The notes under the pieces: generated by a model
Seen by the model: only the letters and a program-made list of their open reading frames with translations
Told to the model about the DNA's origin: nothing
The model's database searches: none
In this document: positions 43,251-50,457 of the stretch, in pieces
How the letters are laid out: every line of letters begins with the position of its first letter
Position numbering within the stretch: position 1 is the stretch's first letter
Virus record (IMG/VR): IMGVR_UViG_2974779775_000001
Coordinates: 60,108 to 124,107 of that record
Reading direction: 5' to 3' (one strand)
Length of the DNA: 64,000 bases
From: Samistivirus egole
Lineage: Duplodnaviria > Heunggongvirae > Uroviricota > Caudoviricetes
Program-made: the position numbers and the translations under genes

Positions 43251-44351
43251 ATGAAGTTCACCAAGATTTTCTCTCAGGACTTGCTTGACCAGATGGTCAA
43301 CGAGGGCTTTGTTCGGGTGCAGACTCATCCGGTTCTCCCTCTGCGAATCCTGAACTACTCTGAGAAGGCGCAGTTCGCTGGCAAGTGGAACGCATGTACG
43401 CTTGCTTGTCGTGGCCTTGTCGTTGACGAGTTTGACAATGTCATTGCTCGTCCGTTCGAGAAGTTCTTCAACATGGGGGACTCTCACGCTGCTGACATCG
43501 ACTGGAACGCTCCGGTTGAGGTAACGGACAAGAAGGACGGCTCTATGGGCATCCTTTACTCCGTAATGCCTTACAACGACGCGATTCCGCCTTACGGATT
43601 CCAGTACGGAATTGCTACGCGAGGCTCTTTCCAGTCTGACCAGGCAATTCACGCTACAAAGCTATGGCTGGAGCGCTACAAGAACACCGCTGTCCCTCAC
43701 GACTGGACGTTCATTTTCGAGATTGTCTACCCTGACAACCGAATCGTCCTGGACTACGGAGACATGGATGACCTTATCCTTCTGGGTGCGGTCAACAAGG
43801 AGCACGGCTACGTGTATGGTCCTCGTGAGGCTGCGGCTTTGCTGGATTGGCAGGGGCCGGTAACCGAGGTGTTCGATTACAAGAACATTCACGAGGCTGT
43901 TGGTGCAGACTACCGTCCTAACGCTGAGGGTCTTGTAATTCGCTCTGGTTCTAAGATGGTCAAGCTCAAGCAGGCTGATTACGTTGAGCTTCACCGACTG
44001 ATTTCAATGCTTTCCGAGCGCTCTGTATGGAGTCAGCTCACTGAGGGCAAGACGATTCTGGAGATTTGTGAGGCTCTGCCTGACGAGTTCCACCAGTTCG
44101 TCAAGGATGTCGGTGGCAAGCTGCTCAACGACTACGAGGAGATTGAGATTAAGGTGCGTGGAATCTTCCACAACCTTCTTTCTTCAATGGACGAGGGCTT
44201 CACACGACGTGACTTCGCAATGAAGGCCAACGGTGTGGACCTATACCGTAGCCACATGTTCAACCTGCTTGACGGCAAGAGCATCGATGAGCTAATCTGG
44301 AAGCAGCTCAAGCCCGCTGCAAAGACGGAGGATGGCTACCCTGTCGGGTAG
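43251..44351 (+). CDS. ATP-dependent RNA ligase (Rnl1-like)
   Basis: Nucleotidyltransferase motif I TDKKDGSMGILY (KxDG) in a 366-aa protein, similar in size to T4 Rnl1. RBS AAGGAGG. Confidence 0.6.
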   Translation: MKFTKIFSQDLLDQMVNEGFVRVQTHPVLPLRILNYSEKAQFAGKWNACTLACRGLVVDEFDNVIARPFEKFFNMGDSHAADIDWNAPVEVTDKKDGSMGILYSVMPYNDAIPPYGFQYGIATRGSFQSDQAIHATKLWLERYKNTAVPHDWTFIFEIVYPDNRIVLDYGDMDDLILLGAVNKEHGYVYGPREAAALLDWQGPVTEVFDYKNIHEAVGADYRPNAEGLVIRSGSKMVKLKQADYVELHRLISMLSERSVWSQLTEGKTILEICEALPDEFHQFVKDVGGKLLNDYEEIEIKVRGIFHNLLSSMDEGFTRRDFAMKANGVDLYRSHMFNLLDGKSIDELIWKQLKPAAKTEDGYPVG

Positions 44352-44374
44352 CCTCCCATAACAAGGAGAATAAA

Positions 44375-44512
44375 TTGTCTGACGCCACTCGCACTGCCGA
44401 TGAGGCTGTTTCAAACGCTAAGCTCATTGGCATGGCTGTTTGGTCATGGCTGAGTTCCCATCCTGCGGTTCTCGCCATTCTGTTTTTCGTACTTGGCTTC
44501 ATGATTGGCTAA
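44375..44512 (+). CDS. small membrane protein
   Basis: 45-aa ORF with a TTG start after RBS AAGGAGA and one transmembrane helix. Confidence 0.35.
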   Translation: MSDATRTADEAVSNAKLIGMAVWSWLSSHPAVLAILFFVLGFMIG

Positions 44513-44515
44513 GCA

Positions 44516-44694
44516 TGAGGAACGTATTTAGGGCGGCAGCTCAAAAGGCTGTACGCGAAGGTATATGTACCCCAGTAATAGGTTGTGGACAACCTATTCG
44601 AGATGAGGATTTTAATGACGAAGAGTCTTTGCGAGAATCCCGTATCTCAGGTCTCTGTCAGTCCTGTCAAGATAGGATTTACGGAGACCTCTGA
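44516..44694 (+). CDS. small zinc-finger protein
   Basis: CTPVIGCG...CQSCQ. Confidence 0.4.
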
Positions 44695-44701
44695 GGTCAG
44701 G

Positions 44702-44794
44702 ATGGGCGAAGAGGCATTTCGATGCTCTATTTGCAAGTATCAATTTCCATACCATTCTGACGAATGTCCGTATAACATGAACAACCAGAAGTAG
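44702..44794 (+). CDS. 30-aa zinc-ribbon peptide
   Basis: CSICK...ECPY. Confidence 0.3.
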   Translation: MGEEAFRCSICKYQFPYHSDECPYNMNNQK

Positions 44795-44797
44795 CAG

Positions 44798-44820
44798 AAG
44801 GGCCCTTCGGGGCCCTTTTT
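44798..44820 (+). terminator. rho-independent terminator
   Basis: AAGGGCCC-TTCG-GGGCCCTT followed by TTT. Confidence 0.65.
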
Positions 44821-44829
44821 GCGTAGGGG

Positions 44830-44858
44830 TTGACACTGTCTCAGTGATGTACTAGGCT
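44830..44858 (+). promoter_or_regulatory. SigA-type promoter
   Basis: GGGGTTGACAC-N16-TAGGCT. Confidence 0.5.
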
Positions 44859-44885
44859 AGAGCTAACAACAACGAAGGGAAAAAC

Positions 44886-45791
44886 ATGGCAACGCTTCTC
44901 ATTCTCCGGGGTGTCCCTGGATGTGGTAAGAGCACCTTCGCTCACCAGTGGCTCAAGGAGGGCGAGCGACGTGCCCGTGTAAACCGTGATGACATCCGCA
45001 TGCAGTTCTTCGGTAAGGAGACTGGTGTAGATGAGAACATGGTTACACAGATTGAGCACATGCAGGTTGACAGTCTGCTTAAGGCTGGATACTCTGTGGT
45101 GGTCGATGACACGAACATCCGTCACGCTTACATCAAGGCTTTCGTCAAGATTGCTGGTAAGCACGGTGTGCCTGTTGCAGTAAAGCAGTTTGATGTAGAC
45201 CTCAAGGTCGCCATTGGGCGCAATGCTGGTCGGGCGGCACAGGGTGGTCGTGACGTTCCTACTCCTGTCATTGAGAAGATGCACAAGTCTCTCAAGTCCA
45301 GTGGACAGTTCACGCGCAAGCTGATTGAGGAAAGCTACTGTAGCTCTCCTGTTGGCAAGCCTTACGTTCGGCCAGTGGGTAAGCGGAAGATTTACCTCTT
45401 TGACATTGATGGCACTCTTGCCAGCATGTCTGACAGGTCTCCGTTTGACTGGTCTCGCGTGGGAGAGGATGACCCTCGTAGGCAGGTCGTACTGACTGCT
45501 CAGGCACTTGCTGAGGCAGGTTACGACATTGTAGTTATGAGTGGTCGTGACTCTAGCTGCCGTGAAGAAACAATTGCTTGGCTGGAGTTCTACGATGTTC
45601 CTTTCTGTGACCTCTTCATGAGGGCAGAGGGCGACATGCGTAAGGACAACATCGTTAAGCAGGAATTGTTTGACCAGCACATCCGTGACTTCTACGATGT
45701 TGTGGCCGTCTTTGACGACCGGCAGCAGGTGGTTGACATGTGGCGTGACATGGGCGTAGACTGCTTCCAGGTTGCGCCTGGAGATTTCTGA
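44886..45791 (+). CDS. pnk: polynucleotide kinase-phosphatase (Pnkp-like)
   Basis: N-terminal P-loop kinase GVPGCGKST and C-terminal HAD phosphatase DIDGTLA, the T4 Pnkp architecture, in a 301-aa protein. Confidence 0.8.
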   Translation: MATLLILRGVPGCGKSTFAHQWLKEGERRARVNRDDIRMQFFGKETGVDENMVTQIEHMQVDSLLKAGYSVVVDDTNIRHAYIKAFVKIAGKHGVPVAVKQFDVDLKVAIGRNAGRAAQGGRDVPTPVIEKMHKSLKSSGQFTRKLIEESYCSSPVGKPYVRPVGKRKIYLFDIDGTLASMSDRSPFDWSRVGEDDPRRQVVLTAQALAEAGYDIVVMSGRDSSCREETIAWLEFYDVPFCDLFMRAEGDMRKDNIVKQELFDQHIRDFYDVVAVFDDRQQVVDMWRDMGVDCFQVAPGDF

Positions 45792-45795
45792 GATT

Positions 45796-45819
45796 GCGGG
45801 CCTCCGGGCCCGCTTTCTT
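45796..45819 (+). terminator. rho-independent terminator
   Basis: GCGGGCC-TCC-GGGCCCGC followed by TTTCTT. Confidence 0.6.
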
Positions 45820-45831
45820 GGGTAGAAGGGG

Positions 45832-45860
45832 TTGACACCCCATTACAGGCGCGATAGAGT
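45832..45860 (+). promoter_or_regulatory. SigA-type promoter
   Basis: GGGGTTGACAC-N16-TAGAGT. Confidence 0.5.
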
Positions 45861-45890
45861 AGTACCAACAACAACGACGAAGGGTCGAAA

Positions 45891-46367
45891 ATGAACAAGC
45901 GAGTTGCCACCACTGCCGTATCCGCTGCCGTTGCTGCTGGGATGGTCTTCGGACTCTCTGCCTGTGGCTCTGAGCCCAGCGATGAGTTCAAGAAGAACTG
46001 TAAGGCGGCTGGTGGTCACATCGAGCGAGAGAACGACTTCGAGTCTCTGGGAATGGCTCCCATGGCATTCAATGCTCCGAAGCCTCCTGCTCCTAAGCCT
46101 GCTGCCCCTGCGGCCAAGGCCCCTTCTGCTCCGAAGGCTCCTAAGCCTGCGGCTCCGAAGGTGGAGATTCCCAAGACGCCGAAGATTCCGAAGAACGATG
46201 CTCCGAAGTCAAACAAGACTCGGACTCCTTCTGTCACGGCTACGCCTAACAGCAATGGTCTGGCCTTCGGAACCTCCAAGAGCAAGAAGCGCAAGTCGAA
46301 GAAGCACGACGACAATGACTTCCTTTGCGTGAAGGACGGCAACGTTCTTTTCGAAGAGGATGAGTGA
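45891..46367 (+). CDS. secreted lipoprotein with Pro/Ala/Lys repeats
   Basis: Signal peptide and lipobox (FGLSACGS) followed by a PKPAAP/APKAPK repeat region. Confidence 0.6.
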   Translation: MNKRVATTAVSAAVAAGMVFGLSACGSEPSDEFKKNCKAAGGHIERENDFESLGMAPMAFNAPKPPAPKPAAPAAKAPSAPKAPKPAAPKVEIPKTPKIPKNDAPKSNKTRTPSVTATPNSNGLAFGTSKSKKRKSKKHDDNDFLCVKDGNVLFEEDE

Positions 46368-46407
46368 TTGACACAAAGAGTGCCTTGGTGATACACTAAG
46401 TGCACGA

Positions 46408-46489
46408 GCGCCTATGGTGGAATGGTAGACACACTAGACTGAGACTCTAGGCTCGAATGAGCGTCCGGGTTCGACTCCCGGTGGGTGTA
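46408..46489 (+). tRNA. tRNA-Leu (anticodon GAG), class II
   Basis: 82 nt. Acceptor GCGCCTA/TGGGTGT, anticodon stem CTAGA/TCTAG with loop CTGAGAC, variable-arm hairpin GCTC-GAAT-GAGC, T-arm CCGGG-TTCGACT-CCCGG. Confidence 0.6.
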
Positions 46490-46490
46490 C

Positions 46491-46688
46491 ATGAGAATGG
46501 GAAGCAGAGTTGAGGTCAAGTATTTCGTTGACACGAAGACGATGACTGACTATTCTGGTAAAAAAGGCCAAGCTCTTACAAAAGAGCGCGGTGGTAAGTG
46601 GGGTGTAAGAATTGACGGTCGTGAAGGCCCCAATCTCATCATCCCAGAAAAGCAGCTAAAGGAAATTCCCTGGAACGAAGGAGAATAA
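46491..46688 (+). CDS. small KOW-like protein
   Basis: + strand ORF starting inside the tRNA 3' flank. Confidence 0.4.
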   Translation: MRMGSRVEVKYFVDTKTMTDYSGKKGQALTKERGGKWGVRIDGREGPNLIIPEKQLKEIPWNEGE

Positions 46689-46919
46689 ATGCCTGACATG
46701 CCTTACATGGAACGAGTTGGACGACAATTCGCCTCTGACATGAATGAGGTTCTGACTGGCATCGACCGAATCAATGCACTTCGGGCGGTGGCTAAGCCAG
46801 CGAATCGTGAAAAGGCTGACAAGTATCTCAAGCTGTACACTGAGCAAAACCTTCCGCCAAAGACCATGGCAGAGTGGCGAGTGCTCCGAGATGGAATGAT
46901 TAAAAGGCTTCGAGGCTGA
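46689..46919 (+). CDS. hypothetical protein
   Basis: + strand ORF. Confidence 0.45.
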   Translation: MPDMPYMERVGRQFASDMNEVLTGIDRINALRAVAKPANREKADKYLKLYTEQNLPPKTMAEWRVLRDGMIKRLRG

Positions 46920-46926
46920 GGCCCCA

Positions 46927-46997
46927 ACCCGCTTAGCTCAATGGTAGAGCGCCTGCTCGACACGCAGGAGACATGAGTTCAATTCTCTTAGTGGGTA
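46927..46997 (+). tRNA. tRNA-Val (anticodon GAC), C33
   Basis: Acceptor ACCCGCT/AGTGGGT, D-arm GCTC-AATGGTA-GAGC, perfect anticodon stem CCTGC/GCAGG with loop TCGACAC, imperfect T-stem. Confidence 0.5.
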
Positions 46998-47017
46998 CTC
47001 CCGAACAAAGGAACACG

Positions 47018-47212
47018 ATGGAAAGCGCAGTAAATCTGGTAATGGCAAGCTACCAGCTTGTCTATCCTGATGCTCCATACGAGTGGCTTGAGAGGGCTGC
47101 TAACGAGACTCTTCATTGGAGTGCTCGTACTGAAAATCCTACTCTTGAGCAGATGGAGGCTCATCAGGCTCGAATTGACACGATGTGTCGGACGGGACAG
47201 TGGAATGTTTGA
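47018..47212 (+). CDS. hypothetical protein
   Basis: ATG after RBS AAGGAA. Confidence 0.4.
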   Translation: MESAVNLVMASYQLVYPDAPYEWLERAANETLHWSARTENPTLEQMEAHQARIDTMCRTGQWNV

Positions 47213-47408
47213 CAGTTCAGATGTGAAGATTGGCTTCATGGTTCTTCTGGGATTCATAAGTCTCCTACTTGCAGTTGCAGGTGGAGTCAATATGAATACC
47301 TATCTGGAGAACCAGAAGGTGAAACAGTGCATCTCAGCAGACAGGATTTGGGCTGAGGGTGCATGTGTGAATGACATCAACGACCTTCGGTATGTTGATA
47401 ACGACTGA
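47205..47408 (+). CDS. membrane-anchored small protein
   Basis: N-terminal transmembrane helix. Confidence 0.4.
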   Translation: MFDSSDVKIGFMVLLGFISLLLAVAGGVNMNTYLENQKVKQCISADRIWAEGACVNDINDLRYVDND

Positions 47409-47422
47409 TTCGTCAGTCTCAT

Positions 47423-47498
47423 GCCCGCGTAGCAGAATTAGGTATATGCTCTGGTCTCAAACACCAGGTAATTGAGGGTTCGAGTCCCTTCGTGGGTA
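47423..47498 (+). tRNA. tRNA with anticodon CAA (Leu codon UUG) but a short variable arm
   Basis: Acceptor GCCCGCG/CGTGGGT, anticodon stem CTGGT/ACCAG with loop CTCAAAC, T-arm GAGGG-TTCGAGT-CCCTT, A73. 76 nt. Confidence 0.5.
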
Positions 47499-47499
47499 C

Positions 47500-47718
47500 G
47501 TGACATATACAGGATTTCCAAAGCTCCCCAACAACTTCCGTCTGGAAAGGGATGCCAATAAGCCTCAAGTTGTCTTGAAGAAAAAGGGTCTGCTAGGATG
47601 GAGAGAAGTTTCCAGAGAGACTGTTTTTGGAATCGTCTCGTATCCCATCAAAGACGAACTGTACTTTCTTACAGGACACGTGATGTGGGATGTATACAGG
47701 AGAATTAATGACATATGA
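47500..47718 (+). CDS. hypothetical protein
   Basis: + strand ORF. Confidence 0.35.
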   Translation: MTYTGFPKLPNNFRLERDANKPQVVLKKKGLLGWREVSRETVFGIVSYPIKDELYFLTGHVMWDVYRRINDI

Positions 47719-47926
47719 GTTGAACGAAGCTCCCGAAGGATACGCCTGGGAGCTGGGGACTGTAGACGGTCCTTTCATGGGCACAGAAGGAACGACGTAC
47801 GAGCTACAGCTTTTCAAGAATGGCAAGGTTGTGGATACCAGAGGCGTGTTTGTTCCAAAGGTACGCGAAGCTGACACAGTTTCATTCATCAGAGCAATGG
47901 AACAGAGCATTAGAATGAGCATCTGA
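47710..47926 (+). CDS. hypothetical protein
   Basis: ATG after RBS GGAGAA. Confidence 0.4.
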
Positions 47927-47937
47927 AAGATGCTTTT

Positions 47938-48020
47938 GGAAGGTGAGCGAGAGGTCTCGCAGGTAGTTTGCTAAACTGCTGGGTTGTAAAAGGCTCGGGG
48001 TTCGAATCCTCCTCCTTCCG
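47938..48020 (+). tRNA. tRNA-Ser (anticodon GCT), class II
   Basis: Acceptor GGAAGGT/TCCTTCC, anticodon stem GTAGT/ACTGC with loop TTGCTAA, a long variable arm, T-loop TTCGAAT. Confidence 0.55.
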
Positions 48021-48054
48021 CATAATATAATGAATCCCAGAGGGTGGAGAAGAA

Positions 48055-48258
48055 ATGACTCTAATTAATTGCTCTCAGTGTGGGTTTCGATTGGCAGAGG
48101 ACGACTACATGGAAGATGGTGTATGCGGCCTCTGCCTTCTTGTTGCCCTGACTGAGGAACTGGGACTTTACGATACAAATATGGGAGGTGTAAATGAAGA
48201 AGAAGTGGATTTCGCCCGGCACGAGAGTGATGGACCGAGCGTACATGAGGGACCGTAG
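48055..48258 (+). CDS. zinc-finger protein
   Basis: CSQCG...CGLC. Confidence 0.4.
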   Translation: MTLINCSQCGFRLAEDDYMEDGVCGLCLLVALTEELGLYDTNMGGVNEEEVDFARHESDGPSVHEGP

Positions 48259-48436
48259 TGGTAATGTACATACGGGAGAAGCCCTCCTGCTAGCTCTGCT
48301 ATTGCATGCAAAGGGTAAGACCAAGCGAGGTCAGGAAGAAATGACTGAGGTTGGTAAGATTATGAAGGACCGCAATCTACCAAAGGAAAAGAAGAATGGC
48401 GACAGGCGAAGGACCCAAAGAGGTAACAAGGCTTGA
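48194..48436 (+). CDS. basic hypothetical protein
   Basis: Overlapping + strand ORF. Confidence 0.3.
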   Translation: MKKKWISPGTRVMDRAYMRDRSGNVHTGEALLLALLLHAKGKTKRGQEEMTEVGKIMKDRNLPKEKKNGDRRRTQRGNKA

Positions 48437-48755
48437 GTGGCATTATCTTGACATCCAGGAGTTCGTGAAGAACAATTGGGGAGTCGAATGGGAAGGCGGA
48501 GCTGCAATGGGCTTTCCTGCTCAGGACACCTACCATGATGTTGAGGTAAACTATGGCGTCGAAGAGGGTGATGAACTCAATCTTTGGATTGATGACTACA
48601 CCTTTGAAGAGGCCAAGGCTGCCATTGAGAAGTTCAAGGCTGAGGGAATGCCTCGTGAAGAGTATGCTGAGCCTGGTGAGGGATTGCTTCTTAACTGGCT
48701 GGCATACGAGGGCCTGATTCCAAAGGGCAATTACCGTATTTTGGTGTGGTGGTAA
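48396..48755 (+). CDS. hypothetical protein
   Basis: + strand ORF. Confidence 0.45.
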   Translation: MATGEGPKEVTRLEWHYLDIQEFVKNNWGVEWEGGAAMGFPAQDTYHDVEVNYGVEEGDELNLWIDDYTFEEAKAAIEKFKAEGMPREEYAEPGEGLLLNWLAYEGLIPKGNYRILVWW

Positions 48756-49015
48756 TGGGCTGGGGTTCAGGTACTAGGTACTTTGACTTCCCTCTAGACC
48801 TCATGCTAGAGTACGTACCAGAAGACAAGCGCAAGGAAGTCATCGAAGCTCTGTACAGAGAGATTCGGGATGGCGACTGGGATACAGTCGATGAGTCTGC
48901 TTACTTCAACCTACTTGTCAAGTATGACATTGATGGGTATGGTGAGTTGAAGAACGACCCCGACTATCTTGAGGAGCTTGATGAGGACGAGGCAGCGGAA
49001 CTTCAAGAGATGTAA
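48746..49015 (+). CDS. acidic hypothetical protein
   Basis: + strand ORF. Confidence 0.45.
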   Translation: MVVMGWGSGTRYFDFPLDLMLEYVPEDKRKEVIEALYREIRDGDWDTVDESAYFNLLVKYDIDGYGELKNDPDYLEELDEDEAAELQEM

Positions 49016-49056
49016 GTGTGGTCGGCCAATCTTGACCGGCCACCTTCGTCAATACA

Positions 49057-49311
49057 ATGGTGATGACACCAAAGTTTGCCCAGCATGCAATGCTGAGCGT
49101 CAGATTGAGGAGATTAGGAATCGTGTCCGGCCAGAAGGTCTTGACAGCACTGATTCTGACGGGTACGATACTTAACATAGTGTTCCTCACCATCGCTGCA
49201 AGCGAAATCAATAGAGCGATAGAGGAAATCAGCATTGACATACAGCGAAATGCGTGTAGACATGCGAATTCGGAACTTGAAGACTGGTCTCAAAGCAACT
49301 ATTGCGACTAA
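49057..49311 (+). CDS. membrane protein
   Basis: Hydrophobic helix. Confidence 0.35.
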   Translation: MVMTPKFAQHAMLSVRLRRLGIVSGQKVLTALILTGTILNIVFLTIAASEINRAIEEISIDIQRNACRHANSELEDWSQSNYCD

Positions 49312-49401
49312 GGAGAACGGTCGGTTTCGGATTATGGATGAGAACGGTCATGTAGAAGATTTCGACCGGCATGATGCCGGAGAATGGGAACCGATTAAGT
49401 A

Positions 49402-49791
49402 ATGGGATTTTGGTCAGCAGTCAAGGATATCAAGACAATCATTGCTCTTGAAGAGGCTGCCAAAAAGAACAGCAATGCCGCTCGCTACCTGGTGAATGTT
49501 CAGGAGTGGGACTGTTTCGAGGACCTTGTTCAGGAGTGGAAGCGTTACTTCGAACAGTACGCTCGTAAGAACAAGGTTAAGCCGTCTGACCTCCAGTTCG
49601 GTGGAAGTGTCTTCGATTCAGCAATGAATCTGGATGGTTCTACTCCGCCTGCAAAGCGAAGCGGTGGTAATGCAACCTCTCGTGCCAAGTATCTTTGTGA
49701 TAAGTATGGTCGTGGGGATGGCCCTTCATTCGGTGCTGCAATGGCTGAGGGCCTTCACCTTGCCAAGGGTGGCCGCTCAAACTACAGGTGA
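49402..49791 (+). CDS. hypothetical protein
   Basis: + strand ORF. Confidence 0.45.
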   Translation: MGFWSAVKDIKTIIALEEAAKKNSNAARYLVNVQEWDCFEDLVQEWKRYFEQYARKNKVKPSDLQFGGSVFDSAMNLDGSTPPAKRSGGNATSRAKYLCDKYGRGDGPSFGAAMAEGLHLAKGGRSNYR

Positions 49792-49797
49792 GTTGAC

Positions 49798-50037
49798 ATG
49801 GCTGAGCAGAAGCAGTACGATGTAATGGTCCAAGTGCAATTCACCTGGGAGAACGAGTATGGTGATGAGCGTAAGACTTGGGCCACTAACATCGGCACCT
49901 ACGGCTCAAATGACCCTGATTCGCTTCCTGAATGGATAGCTGCAAATCACGTCACCTGTGAGCCACCAGGACCAGAAAAGGTCAAGAGGGTTCTGTTTTC
50001 AGAAATCTCTTGCTACACTATCACTGAGGTGAAGTAA
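49798..50037 (+). CDS. hypothetical protein
   Basis: + strand ORF. Confidence 0.45.
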   Translation: MAEQKQYDVMVQVQFTWENEYGDERKTWATNIGTYGSNDPDSLPEWIAANHVTCEPPGPEKVKRVLFSEISCYTITEVK

Positions 50038-50097
50038 TGTTCAAAGGAGAAGGTAACCGGTCTTTCTAATCGAGACCGGTCTTTTCTGTCTCTAGCA

Positions 50098-50412
50098 ATG
50101 GAACTCAGTTTGAAGAGTAACATGAAGCAGAGGCATGGCGCAGTCATTGTCAAGGGTGGTAGAGTTCTCTCACGAGGCTGGAACCTATTGAAGAATGACC
50201 CCAACAACGTAAGTGACGAGCACATTGAGCGCTTTTGCTCTGTGCATGCTGAGGCAATGGCAATCGCCCGGTGCAAGAAGGCCACAGGTGCAACAATTTA
50301 TATTGCACGAAACAAGTCAGGCAATGCACGACACTCTAAGCCTTGTGACGCATGTCATGCTGCTATCGATGCGGCTGGCATCGCAAGGGTTGTGTACACG
50401 ACTGACCTCTGA
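50098..50412 (+). CDS. dCMP/cytidine deaminase-like zinc-dependent deaminase
   Basis: HAE (CSVHAEAMAI) and PCxxC (KPCDACH) motifs. Confidence 0.7.
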   Translation: MELSLKSNMKQRHGAVIVKGGRVLSRGWNLLKNDPNNVSDEHIERFCSVHAEAMAIARCKKATGATIYIARNKSGNARHSKPCDACHAAIDAAGIARVVYTTDL

Positions 50413-50457
50413 TAGACTCAACTACGTAACCGGCTCACAACTACCAAGGAGAGAATC

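Noticed and set aside
43218-45680. Minus-strand ORFs antisense to the RNA ligase and Pnkp.
   Set aside because: Antisense shadows with no start context. The + strand genes have clear catalytic motifs.
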